Made by a program: the position numbers and the translations under genes
Origin: an uncultured Coriobacteriaceae bacterium
GTDB taxonomy: Bacteria; Actinomycetota; Coriobacteriia; Coriobacteriales; Atopobiaceae
Length of the DNA: 64,000 nt
Assembly: GCA_900552935.1 (NCBI GenBank)
Contig: USBN01000004.1
Span: 3,114 to 67,113 of the forward strand
Reading direction: 5' to 3'
Part shown: piece by piece, positions 1 to 10,181 of the stretch
Numbering within the stretch: position 1 is the stretch's first letter
Layout: the number at the start of each line of letters is the position of its first letter
The notes under the pieces: model-generated
What the model was told of the DNA's origin: nothing
The model's database searches: none
The model's input: only the letters and a program-made list of their open reading frames with translations

Positions 1-1
1 G

Positions 2-292
2 GCTCGCGCCTACGCCGGCGCGAACGCGCAGAACTATGCGCGCCTGTTGAGCTTCTGGCCAACCGCGATTGACGGGCTTTGGAACGACGAAGAGCTTGCC
101 GCTAAGGTCGCGGAGATTCAGACAAAGCGTCCGGAACCCGTCCCGCGACGAGGTGGGACGAAGAGCAAGGGGCGCTACCAGCGCAAGGACGGCCAGCACC
201 AGGGCGAGCCGCGGCTTCAGAGCCAAGATGGGGCCCGAACGCAGGGCGAGAATCGGAAAGACACCACCAGGAGCAGGGAAGGGGAGGCATGA
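2..292 (+). CDS. 3' end of an unidentified protein (truncated by the window edge)
   Basis: Frame is open from position 2 (ARAYAGANAQNYARLLSFWPTAIDGLW...) to TGA at 290-292, which overlaps the ATG of the next gene. Confidence 0.6.
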   Translation, partial: ARAYAGANAQNYARLLSFWPTAIDGLWNDEELAAKVAEIQTKRPEPVPRRGGTKSKGRYQRKDGQHQGEPRLQSQDGARTQGENRKDTTRSREGEA

Positions 293-1467
293 CGACGCAC
301 CGCTTGAACAAGGGGCTCGCTCGCTACGGGGACATTCGCAGCTCACAGGGCACCGAGCATATCCTGGGCCTTGCCTCCAGGACGCTCGATCTCATGCGAG
401 CTGGCCTTACCCCGCAGGCTTGCAAGGCGGTTTGCAGCCTCCTTCTGCCTGAGACCACGGCCGTCGCCGTTGCCATGACGGACACGGAGCATGTGCTCGC
501 CTACGAGGGCGCGCTTGCCGCGGACTTCCCTCCCGGCAGCCCCATTCACACGGCGGGCACGCTCGAGGTGCTCAAGACGGGCAAGCTCGGGATGTTTCAG
601 TCGCGCAACGAGGATGACAACACGGAGTTGCCTCGCAACATGCGTGGCGGCATCGTCGTTCCGCTTAACGTGCAGGACCGCGTGTGCGGAACCATCAAGT
701 TCTACTATCGCTCGCCTGCGGACATCAACCGTAGCCAGCTTGCGATCGCGCGTGGTTTTGGCCAGTTGCTCTCCACCCAGCTATCCACCCACGAGCTTGA
801 CCGCCAGGCTGAGCTCACGGCAAAGGCCGAGGTGAAGGCTCTGCAGGCGCAGATCAACCCGCATTTTCTGTTCAACACCATCAACACCATCGCGGCATTT
901 ACGCGCACGGACCCGACGCGTGCCCGTAATCTCCTGCGCGAGTTCGCGGTCTTCTATCGTCAGACGCTTGAGAGCTCTGACCAACTCATCCCGCTCGCCC
1001 GTGAGCTCGAGCAGACCAGGCGCTACCTACGCTTCGAGCACGCTCGCTTTGGCGAGGACCGCATCTCCGAGCACGAGCACGTTGGCTTCGGGTGCGGAGA
1101 CGTGCTCGTCCCGGCCTTTATCGTCCAGCCGATCGTGGAGAACGCCGTTCGTCATGCCATGCGCGATGAGGGTGCCCTGAGCATTGACATCAGAGCGGAG
1201 ATCGATGGGTCTGACGTCCTAATTGCCGTAACAGATGACGGCCTTGGAATGGACGAGGAAACGCTTGAAAAGCTGCGCTGCAGCGTCTCGACCGACCAGC
1301 CCTGTGGCTGCTCGGGCGAGGAGAAGGGAACGGGCATCGCTCTGAGGAATGTTGCAGAGAGGCTCGAGAGGTTTTATGGTTTCGACTCGGGAATCGACAT
1401 CATGTCGAAGCCCGGCGAGGGGACGTGCGTGACGCTGCGCCTCGCGCGCACCGCCGCCCACGACTGA
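289..1467 (+). CDS. LytS/YehU-family sensor histidine kinase (GAF + kinase; no obvious transmembrane domain)
   Basis: LytS-type H-box ALQAQINPHFLFNTIN, QPIVENAVRHA N-box, DDGLG and GTGIALRNV G-boxes. Confidence 0.9.
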   Translation: MTTHRLNKGLARYGDIRSSQGTEHILGLASRTLDLMRAGLTPQACKAVCSLLLPETTAVAVAMTDTEHVLAYEGALAADFPPGSPIHTAGTLEVLKTGKLGMFQSRNEDDNTELPRNMRGGIVVPLNVQDRVCGTIKFYYRSPADINRSQLAIARGFGQLLSTQLSTHELDRQAELTAKAEVKALQAQINPHFLFNTINTIAAFTRTDPTRARNLLREFAVFYRQTLESSDQLIPLARELEQTRRYLRFEHARFGEDRISEHEHVGFGCGDVLVPAFIVQPIVENAVRHAMRDEGALSIDIRAEIDGSDVLIAVTDDGLGMDEETLEKLRCSVSTDQPCGCSGEEKGTGIALRNVAERLERFYGFDSGIDIMSKPGEGTCVTLRLARTAAHD

Positions 1468-1483
1468 CGAGGAATGTGATTCT

Positions 1484-2203
1484 ATGCTGCGTGCCATGAT
1501 CGTTGACGACGAAGCCCCTGCTCGTTCCGAGCTCCGCTTCCTCCTCGAGGAGACCGGAAGGGTTGAGAACATCACCGAGGCTTCGAGCGCTCGTGACGCC
1601 GTCGAGAAGCTGATGGATAGCCGCCCGGACGTGCTGTTCCTGGACATCTCTATGCCCAAGACGAACGGCATGCAGCTCGCCGAGGCGCTCCATAAGCTCA
1701 AAAACCCGCCTGCGGTGGTGTTCGTCACCGCCTACAGCGAATATGCGCTCGAGGCATTTGACGTCGACGCCGTCGACTACCTGATGAAGCCCGTCGAGAC
1801 GGATCGTCTCGAGCGAGCTCTCGACAAGGTTGAGGCTCGCGGCAAGCAGGCTGCCGCCCCGGCTGCCCCGGCCGAGCGCATTCCCGTCGAGAAGGGCGGC
1901 CGCAAGGTCCTCGTCCCCATCGACCAGATTCGCTATATCGAGGCGAAGGACGATTATTCCTGCATCTACACGGATTCCGATCGCTATCTTTCGGTTATCT
2001 CGCTCGCGCAACTCGAGGCGAAGCTCTCCCCGCACGGATTCTTCCGCGTGCACCGTGGCTACATCGTCAATCTTCAGTACGTGGAGGACGTCGAGGTCGT
2101 GTCGAGCGGCGTGATGCAGCTTGGCATCGCTGGCGTTGAGGGCAAGAAGATTTCCGTCTCGCGTCGCCGCGTCGTGCAGCTCAAGCGCGCCCTGGGGCTC
2201 TAA
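1484..2203 (+). CDS. LytTR-family response regulator
   Basis: Receiver motifs VDDE, FLDISMP, VFVTAY and DYLMKP; C-terminal FFRVHRGYIVN LytTR motif. Confidence 0.93.
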   Translation: MLRAMIVDDEAPARSELRFLLEETGRVENITEASSARDAVEKLMDSRPDVLFLDISMPKTNGMQLAEALHKLKNPPAVVFVTAYSEYALEAFDVDAVDYLMKPVETDRLERALDKVEARGKQAAAPAAPAERIPVEKGGRKVLVPIDQIRYIEAKDDYSCIYTDSDRYLSVISLAQLEAKLSPHGFFRVHRGYIVNLQYVEDVEVVSSGVMQLGIAGVEGKKISVSRRRVVQLKRALGL

Positions 2204-2206
2204 CCC

Positions 2207-2716
2207 ATGGCGCTGCGACGCATCGACGTTATCTCGGACACCCACGGCAAGCTCTCACGCGAGCTGCTTGACGCGCTTGATGGGTGCGACCTCATCGTCC
2301 ACGCCGGCGACATTACCTCGGAGGACGACTTCATTACGCTTAAGGCGCTTGCGCCCCTGCGGATGTGCCTGGGCAACAATGACTGGGCGGGCGAGTACGG
2401 GCCTGAGGTGAAGCGTCTCGTGCGCTTCGAATACGAGGGCTTGCAGTTCAGTGTCACGCACTATCGCGAGAACCTTACGGGCGAGCACTGCGACGTGGGA
2501 GTTTGCGGCCACACCCACGTGCCGGAGATCGTCGAGCGCGTGAATGGTTCCATCATCGTGAACCCGGGCAGCCCGACGTTCCCGAGGAGCATGGCGGGCC
2601 CGACGATCGCTCGCCTCATGGTGCAGGACGGCCACGTGGTTTCTTCGAACATCGTGAAGCTGAAGGTCCCCGAGAAGGACGGGCGCGGTAAGGGCCGCTT
2701 CTTCATGGGCTGGTAG
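2207..2716 (+). CDS. YfcE-like metallophosphoesterase
   Basis: SDTHG, HAGD, GNND, GHTH and NPGS motifs. Confidence 0.9.
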   Translation: MALRRIDVISDTHGKLSRELLDALDGCDLIVHAGDITSEDDFITLKALAPLRMCLGNNDWAGEYGPEVKRLVRFEYEGLQFSVTHYRENLTGEHCDVGVCGHTHVPEIVERVNGSIIVNPGSPTFPRSMAGPTIARLMVQDGHVVSSNIVKLKVPEKDGRGKGRFFMGW

Positions 2717-2894
2717 CCTGGCCGTAGCGGGGCGAGCCTATGCCTGGGCCGTGACGGCGTGGCTGATGCTGTGGGCCAGGGCGAGTGCGGTGCCGACGCG
2801 GCCGGTGACGATTCGAGATATGGAACGCGAAGCGCCCGCGGAGCCGATGGTGAACTGCGCCCCGAATCTTGGACGGGTTAACTAAAACGCGCGA

Positions 2895-3806
2895 CTAAAC
2901 CGCCATCAAGGACTGGCTTCGGAACTCCTCCGGGGTCAGTCCTTTCAGTCCCTTCTGCCTGCGCCGAGTGTTCCAGTGGACTATGTAGGCCTCGAGGTCC
3001 TCCTTGAACGACTCGAAGTCGTCCCAGTCGCGACCTCGGAAGAACTCGTCCTTCATGTGGCCGAACAGCCCCTCGGTGCAGGCGTTGTCCAGGCAGTTGC
3101 CCTTGCGCGACATGCTCTGCACGATGCCGGCGGCCCGCAGCCTCGAGACGTAGCGGTCGCTCTGGTACTGCCAGCCCATGTCGGACTGCAGCACCGGCCG
3201 GGCTCCCTCCGGCATCCGGGAGATCAGCATGTCGAGCATCTCCTCCTGCTGCGCCATGTCGGGCGACTCGGATATCGACCACGCCGCGATCTCGCGGCTG
3301 CCGAAGTCGTACGCCGGGGCGAAGTAGGCCTTCCCGAACGAGCACCTGAACTCGGTGACGTCGGTGCCCATCTTCCGCCACGGCCCGTCGGAGGCGAAGT
3401 CGCGGCCGAGCACGTTCTCGAAGGTCTCGCCGACCGGGCCCCTGCACGAGTTGTACCTGTGGTAGTCGGTCTCGCGGCGTATGCCGCACCTCAGCCCCAT
3501 CTCGCCCATCATCTTGAGCGCGGTCTTGTCCGCGATGCGCGCGCCGCGCTCGGCGCGCAGGCACATCGCGAGCTGCCGGTGCCCGCACCCGTTCGGCGTC
3601 CTCGAGAATATCTCCCTGGCCGCGTCCCACAGCTCCGGCCTGGTCGGCCTCCTCGGGTGGGCCAGCGCGTAATAGTACGTCGAGCGGGCGAGCCCGGCGC
3701 ACTCCAGCAGGTCGGACAGGCCGAACCGCCCCGAAAGCTCGCTCACGGCCGCGGCCCTCTCGCGGCTCGAAAGCGCTTCTCCGCCTTCAGGGCGATCGAT
3801 TTTTTT
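2895..3806 (-). CDS. IS3-family transposase OrfB (DDE domain), probably expressed by -1 frameshift at the A7 run
   Basis: TDVTEF, SDMGWQY and SRKGNCLDNACTEGLFG DDE motifs; A7 run (plus-strand T7, 3800-3806) in the orfA/orfB overlap. Confidence 0.88.
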   Translation of the reverse strand, partial: KKIDRPEGGEALSSRERAAAVSELSGRFGLSDLLECAGLARSTYYYALAHPRRPTRPELWDAAREIFSRTPNGCGHRQLAMCLRAERGARIADKTALKMMGEMGLRCGIRRETDYHRYNSCRGPVGETFENVLGRDFASDGPWRKMGTDVTEFRCSFGKAYFAPAYDFGSREIAAWSISESPDMAQQEEMLDMLISRMPEGARPVLQSDMGWQYQSDRYVSRLRAAGIVQSMSRKGNCLDNACTEGLFGHMKDEFFRGRDWDDFESFKEDLEAYIVHWNTRRRQKGLKGLTPEEFRSQSLMAV

Positions 3807-4240
3807 AGGTAGGCGACCTGGGCCTCGAGCCTCGCCACCTCGCGCTCGAGCCGCTGCTCCCGCGTCGTCCGGGAGGCGCCGGCCCCCTTCGGCCTGCCCC
3901 TGGGCCGGGGCCTGAGCGCCTCGGCCCCGCCCTCGCGGTACCTGCGGCACCAGACGTCCAGCGGCGACCTGGAGGCTATGCCGAGCTCCCTCATGACGTC
4001 GGGCTTCGCCCGCCCCGAGTCGACCACGGCGCTCGCGGCGGCCACCTTGGTCTCCCAGTCATACGACCTCTTGTGTCCCATGTCGAGCAGGCCCTCCCGT
4101 CCAACCGAGCGGAACGTCTGCTCCCATTGTCTCACGGAGTTCGGGGAAACCCCGAGCCTGCGGGCGACGGCCCTGCGGCCGAGCCCCCTCTCGAACATGT
4201 CGGCGGCGGCGGACCTGACGCCCGGACCGTACGTGGTCAT
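3743..4240 (-). CDS. IS3-family transposase OrfA (HTH)
   Basis: Two HTH-like segments and a C-terminal coiled coil (LEREVARLEAQVAYLKK); ATG at 4240 follows GGAGG. Confidence 0.88.
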   Translation of the reverse strand: MTTYGPGVRSAAADMFERGLGRRAVARRLGVSPNSVRQWEQTFRSVGREGLLDMGHKRSYDWETKVAAASAVVDSGRAKPDVMRELGIASRSPLDVWCRRYREGGAEALRPRPRGRPKGAGASRTTREQRLEREVARLEAQVAYLKKSIALKAEKRFRAARGPRP

Positions 4241-4408
4241 AGATAAGCCTCCCATTCCTCGGACTTTAGTTTTCTGTCCAAGAAATGGGAGGCAGTTCAT
4301 GGGTTCCGCGGGCGCTTGGTATATCTTGCTGGTGGTGCCGGACGCGAGTGACGAGCTTGAGTCCCGATGCGCCCGGCGTGTCTGGGCCCCGAGCTTGTCG
4401 GCGCTTGC

Positions 4409-4729
4409 CTACAGGTACTCGCACAGCTCGGCGAGGATGCGGGCCTTGGGGGCGCTGCCGACCATCGTGTGAACCGCCTTGCCGCCCTTGAAGAGGATGA
4501 GCGTGGGGATGGACATGACCTGGAAGCGCATGGCGAGGTCCTGCTCGTCCTCGACGTTGCACTTATAGACGGCAAGCTCGCTGGGCATTTCGTTGGCAAT
4601 TTCCTCGATGATGGGGGAGAGGGCACGGCAGGGTCCGCACCAAGATGCCCAGAAGTCGACGAGGACGGGCTTCTCGGAGCTGCGGATGATGTCATCGAAC
4701 GTATCCTGGGTGATTGCCTTTGCAGCCAT
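4409..4729 (-). CDS. trxA: Thioredoxin
   Basis: WCGPC active site, 106 aa. Confidence 0.96.
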   Translation of the reverse strand: MAAKAITQDTFDDIIRSSEKPVLVDFWASWCGPCRALSPIIEEIANEMPSELAVYKCNVEDEQDLAMRFQVMSIPTLILFKGGKAVHTMVGSAPKARILAELCEYL

Positions 4730-4849
4730 GGTGGCCCTCCTATGATCTTGTGGCGTGGGGCGCGGCCCACGCGATTGTTGACGACGGGGTTATACCCGGA
4801 AAATGGGCGTTAGAATCATAGACCGGTTAAGTTGGCGGCGGAGGTCCCC

Positions 4850-5380
4850 ATGGGTGTGAGTGACGAGTACGTGAACAAGGCGAAGGCCGAGCTCGGCGAT
4901 CTCGCTGATGCCGGCGTGGTCATGTCTGGCAACGCCTTCTCTCCCGTGCTGCTCGTGAAGGGCGAGCCCGAGGAGGCTGGCGTCAAGCTTCTGGCTGGCC
5001 CGGATGGCGACGCCCTGCGCGCCGCCCTTGGCGCCCTCGGCTATGCGCCGGAGGAGTGGGCCGCGCTCTCCGTCCGCGATGCGGAGGGGTTTCCCCTGGT
5101 GCCGGGAACGTTACGCCTTGCCATCGCCACGCTCGACCCCGCCACGGTCATTGCGCTGGACGCTCCTGCCGTCACCGCTATTTGCGAGGCTTTTGCCGAT
5201 GAGCTCGTCGAGCTCGAGAGCCTCGAGGCGGCGACGCTCGCACCCGGGTATGTGGTGCGCTTGCTGGGCATGCGCGTTCTTGCCCTCGGCGGTTTCGAGC
5301 AGAGTCTCGCGGACGCGAAGGCGAAGCAGGTCATGTGGGCTCGCCTGAAGCAGGTCCCGCCGCTGGGCGAGCCGTACTAG
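4850..5380 (+). CDS. Hypothetical protein, possible degenerate uracil-DNA-glycosylase-like fold
   Basis: ATG after GGAGG; motif order resembles family-4 UDG but catalytic residues are missing (see findings). Confidence 0.6.
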   Translation: MGVSDEYVNKAKAELGDLADAGVVMSGNAFSPVLLVKGEPEEAGVKLLAGPDGDALRAALGALGYAPEEWAALSVRDAEGFPLVPGTLRLAIATLDPATVIALDAPAVTAICEAFADELVELESLEAATLAPGYVVRLLGMRVLALGGFEQSLADAKAKQVMWARLKQVPPLGEPY

Positions 5381-5606
5381 GCGTGCCGGGCTGGGTGCCG
5401 GGCCAGGTCTGGTGCCGGCAGGCCGGATGCCGGATCAGGTCTGATGCGGGGGGACGGCGTGCTCGTCCGGGCGACAGGCGTGCCGGGCAAGTCAGCAGCT
5501 CGTAACAAACCGATAGACTTCGGTTTCTTCGCTTGCGCGTTGCGCTACGCTTAAGCCTGCTGAGAATCGCCCCGGAGTGTCCGGGGCCTGCGGTCAAGGA
5601 GGACTT

Positions 5607-7301
<1,695 letters not shown>

Positions 7302-7394
7302 GGCTGCCACGTCGGTGACGTGGCGGGCTGTTGCGCGGGCGAGCTGTTGTACGTGCGCGGGCTGTTGCGCGGGTGCAAACTTGAATTGATAACG

Positions 7395-7430
7395 AAGCGG
7401 GCCACATCGTTTGGGTGTGGCCCGCTTTTT
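7395..7430 (+). terminator. Intrinsic terminator after pgi
   Basis: AAGCGGGCCACA / TGTGGCCCGCTT stem followed by a T run. Confidence 0.8.
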
Positions 7431-7469
7431 GCTGCGCCTTCGTAGGCGGCTAGGGGGGTGCAAGGGTGC

Positions 7470-7531
7470 GCCTAACATGCATCAAAGGTGCACGCTTAAC
7501 GCCTAACATGCATTAAGGGTGCGCGTTTAAG
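7470..7531. repeat. Two tandem imperfect 31-bp repeats
   Basis: GCCTAACATGCATCAAAGGTGCACGCTTAAC followed by GCCTAACATGCATTAAGGGTGCGCGTTTAAG. Confidence 0.75.
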
Positions 7532-7570
7532 CTTGCTATACGTGCCGAAGTGTCGCCTGTTTCCGGCGCC

Positions 7571-7643
7571 TGCCCGTGGCGTCACCGGTCGATGCCACGG
7601 GCAAACAAAAACGGCATGCTTAGGCGGGCTAAGCATGCCGAAA
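7571..7643 (-). terminator. Two tandem hairpins, probable terminators of the helicase operon
   Basis: TGCCCGTGGC/GCCACGGGCA and CGGCATGCTTAG/CTAAGCATGCCG stems with an A-rich tract between them (U tail on the minus strand). Confidence 0.65.
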
Positions 7644-7650
7644 GTGTGAG

Positions 7651-8196
7651 TTACTTTGCGGGCGTAACGAGCTGAATCAGGTCGCGGTGACGCTGTTCGC
7701 TGAGGGCGCGCTTGGGCACGATGACGTAGCGCGGGCCCACGAACTCGACTACGCTGACCTCGCGGCCGAGGTGCAGCTTATGAACGGTCGAGAGCGGAAG
7801 CTCCTCGGCCTCTTTGCCGGGGACGTTGGCGACGAGGTAATCGGGGTAGACCTCGACCTTGACGCGGCGGCTCTCCTTGGGGAGCCCGGTGATGTCGAGG
7901 CCAGCCTTCTTGAGGCGCCTGAGGTGGAACTGATTCCAGTGGTCAGAGACGAACCAGAGGACAACCTCGACGCAGACGAGCGAGGCGAGGAGGAGCGTCA
8001 CCTGCCTTCCGCTGGGCGACATCGCGATGAAGACAATCACGATGAGCAGAAGGACGCTCGCGATGTTCGACGGGTTGCGGAGACGATTGCCCATCATGGC
8101 GAGAGAGGCATCCTCGAGGAGGGTGTGGTTCACGTCATAGCTGAACGAGAAAAGGTGGTTGTCCGGGGACTTCTTCGAGGTGCTCTTCTTTGCCAT
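7651..8196 (-). CDS. Membrane protein, YcxB-like
   Basis: Two hydrophobic helices followed by a soluble domain ending in YVIVPKRAL. Confidence 0.65.
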   Translation of the reverse strand: MAKKSTSKKSPDNHLFSFSYDVNHTLLEDASLAMMGNRLRNPSNIASVLLLIVIVFIAMSPSGRQVTLLLASLVCVEVVLWFVSDHWNQFHLRRLKKAGLDITGLPKESRRVKVEVYPDYLVANVPGKEAEELPLSTVHKLHLGREVSVVEFVGPRYVIVPKRALSEQRHRDLIQLVTPAK

Positions 8197-8237
8197 GATG
8201 ACTCCTGTGCCTGCCGACCCTGCGGTCCGGCTTTTGA

Positions 8238-9938
8238 CTAGTAGATTCCGCGCTCGCGGCCCTGGCGGCCGCCCACGCGACGACGCGGCTTGCCGGTCGG
8301 CTTGGGCGCGTGTTTCGAGGCGGGCTTGCCAGACTTCGAGATTCCGCCGGCAGCCTTCTGACGCCTCGCGGCGTCGCCCTGGCGCTGGCTCGACCCCTTG
8401 CGAGCGGCATTCGGAACCTGGGTGCGAACGCCGGAACCCTTGCCCTTGCGCCTACGCTTCTTGCCGCTGGCCTCGGCTTCGAGTTCTGCAATCTCACCGC
8501 GGCTGAGGAGGGCGCCGGTCGCGTCGATCTTGCGCCTACCGTGAGGGGTGTTCTCTCGGGGGTCGCGGTCCGTCTGGGCGTCACGGTCGGCGCGCTCTTT
8601 GCGGTCGCCCGTCTCGCGATCCTTACGGCCCTCACGCTTGCGGCCCTCGGACCTGCCGCCTTCGCGACCCTCGCCGCCGCGCCCAGACCTACCCTTACCG
8701 CCGCGCTTCCTGCGTTTCTTGCCGGCGCCGCGTGCGGGAGCATCCGCGGTGCGGTTGGGGTCGAGCTCGGGGAGCTCCTCGCCCAGCTCGAGCTCGACCT
8801 TTGCCTCGTAGGGAGGGACGACCTGGCCCATGAGGCGCTCGATGTCAAAGAGGTCCTCGGCGTCGTTGACGGTCACGAAGGTGAGCGCCCAGCCCGTCTC
8901 GCCGGCACGACCCGTGCGGCCAATGCGGTGGATGTAGTCCTCGGGATCCTCCGGGACGTCGAAGTTGACGACGTATCGAACGTCGGAGACGTCGATGCCT
9001 CGAGCGAGGACGTCCGTGGCGACGAGGATGTCGACCTTGCCGTCGCGGAAGTCGCGAAGTGCGCGCTCGCGCTGGTTCTGGCTGCGGTCGCCGTGGATGG
9101 GCGCGCAGGCGATGCCGGCGCGGCGCAGGCGACGGCAACAGGCGTCCGCGCGGTGCTTGGTGCGGGTGAAGACGATCACGCGGTCCGTGCCCTCGCTCTT
9201 GAGGACCTTGGTGAGCAGGCCGCTCTTCTCGTCAAGGGAGACGGGGAGAACGTACTGGTCGATCGTCTCGGCGACAGTGCCCTTGTGGGCGATCTCGACG
9301 GTGGCGGGGTCATGTACGAGGTCGCGAATGCCGCCGATGGCGGTCTCGTCGAGCGTGGCGGAGAAGAGCAGCGTCTGACGCGTGGAAGGCGTCTCGGACA
9401 CGATCTTGCGCATCTGGGGCAGGAAGCCCATGTCGAGCATGCGATCGGCCTCGTCGAGGACAAGCACCTCGACCTCGTCAAGATGAGCCTCACCCTGCTC
9501 GATGAGGTCGACGAGGCGACCAGGCGTGGCGACGAGGATGTCACAGCCGCGGCGAAGGGCCTGCTTCTGCGGTTCGTAGCCAACGCCACCCACGATGGTG
9601 ACGCTGCGGTGATGCGTGTATGCCTCGACGGTGGTGCAGACGTCGGCGATCTGCTGGGCGAGCTCGCGGGTGGGAGTCACGACGAGCATGGCGGGGCCAT
9701 GATGGCGCGCGACGTGGGTGAGACGGCTCATGGAGGGAAGGACGAAGGCCGCGGTCTTGCCGGTGCCCGTCTGGGCGGCAGCAAGCAGGTCGCGCCCCTC
9801 GAGAACATAGGGGATGGCGTGCGCTTGGACGGGCGTGGGCTCCGTGTAGCCAAGGGCGTCGACAGCGGCGAGGACCGGCTCGGAAAGGCCGAGGCCGGAG
9901 AAGGCGACGGCGTCGCCCGGGGTGGTGCTCTGGGTCAT
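8238..9938 (-). CDS. DEAD-box RNA helicase with a basic disordered C-terminal tail
   Basis: Q motif, AQTGTGKT, PTRELA, DEAD, SAT and HRIGRTGR motifs. Confidence 0.96.
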   Translation of the reverse strand: MTQSTTPGDAVAFSGLGLSEPVLAAVDALGYTEPTPVQAHAIPYVLEGRDLLAAAQTGTGKTAAFVLPSMSRLTHVARHHGPAMLVVTPTRELAQQIADVCTTVEAYTHHRSVTIVGGVGYEPQKQALRRGCDILVATPGRLVDLIEQGEAHLDEVEVLVLDEADRMLDMGFLPQMRKIVSETPSTRQTLLFSATLDETAIGGIRDLVHDPATVEIAHKGTVAETIDQYVLPVSLDEKSGLLTKVLKSEGTDRVIVFTRTKHRADACCRRLRRAGIACAPIHGDRSQNQRERALRDFRDGKVDILVATDVLARGIDVSDVRYVVNFDVPEDPEDYIHRIGRTGRAGETGWALTFVTVNDAEDLFDIERLMGQVVPPYEAKVELELGEELPELDPNRTADAPARGAGKKRRKRGGKGRSGRGGEGREGGRSEGRKREGRKDRETGDRKERADRDAQTDRDPRENTPHGRRKIDATGALLSRGEIAELEAEASGKKRRRKGKGSGVRTQVPNAARKGSSQRQGDAARRQKAAGGISKSGKPASKHAPKPTGKPRRRVGGRQGRERGIY

Positions 9939-10181
9939 GTAGTTCGTTCCTATCTGTGGGGAGGGCTTGGGGCGGAGGTTTGCCCCGGCTCCTCGTCTGC
10001 GGCTAGGCGGGCGGCGGGTTGCTACGCTCGCGGCCGTTGGTATACCGATTATCGATTAGACGAGAACACTGTAGCGGAAGTATGCTTATCGCGCAGCTCA
10101 AAGGGGTTACGCTTATGTGCTAACGAGGGATTTCGCGGACAAATTCGCAATTCGAACGCAACCGAGCCGGGGGGATGCGCG

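Larger units (their letters stand above)
2851..4299 (-). mobile_element. IS3-family insertion sequence (IS150-like), 1449 bp, apparently intact
   Basis: Imperfect 24-bp terminal IRs: TGAACTGCGCCCCGAATCTTGGAC (2851-2874) and reverse complement of 4276-4299, TGAACTGCCTCCCATTTCTTGGAC. TG...CA ends, 3-bp TGG target duplication (2848-2850 and 4300-4302), overlapping orfA/orfB. Confidence 0.95.

Noticed and set aside
5381..5490. Short TGCCGG-containing repeats upstream of pgi
   Set aside because: Too short and degenerate to distinguish from high-GC background.
8310..10181. N-terminal extension giving the 1217-aa ORF 8310-11963
   Set aside because: It is the stop-free antisense shadow of the DEAD-box gene running into the CapA gene; only the part from about 10182 looks like a real protein.
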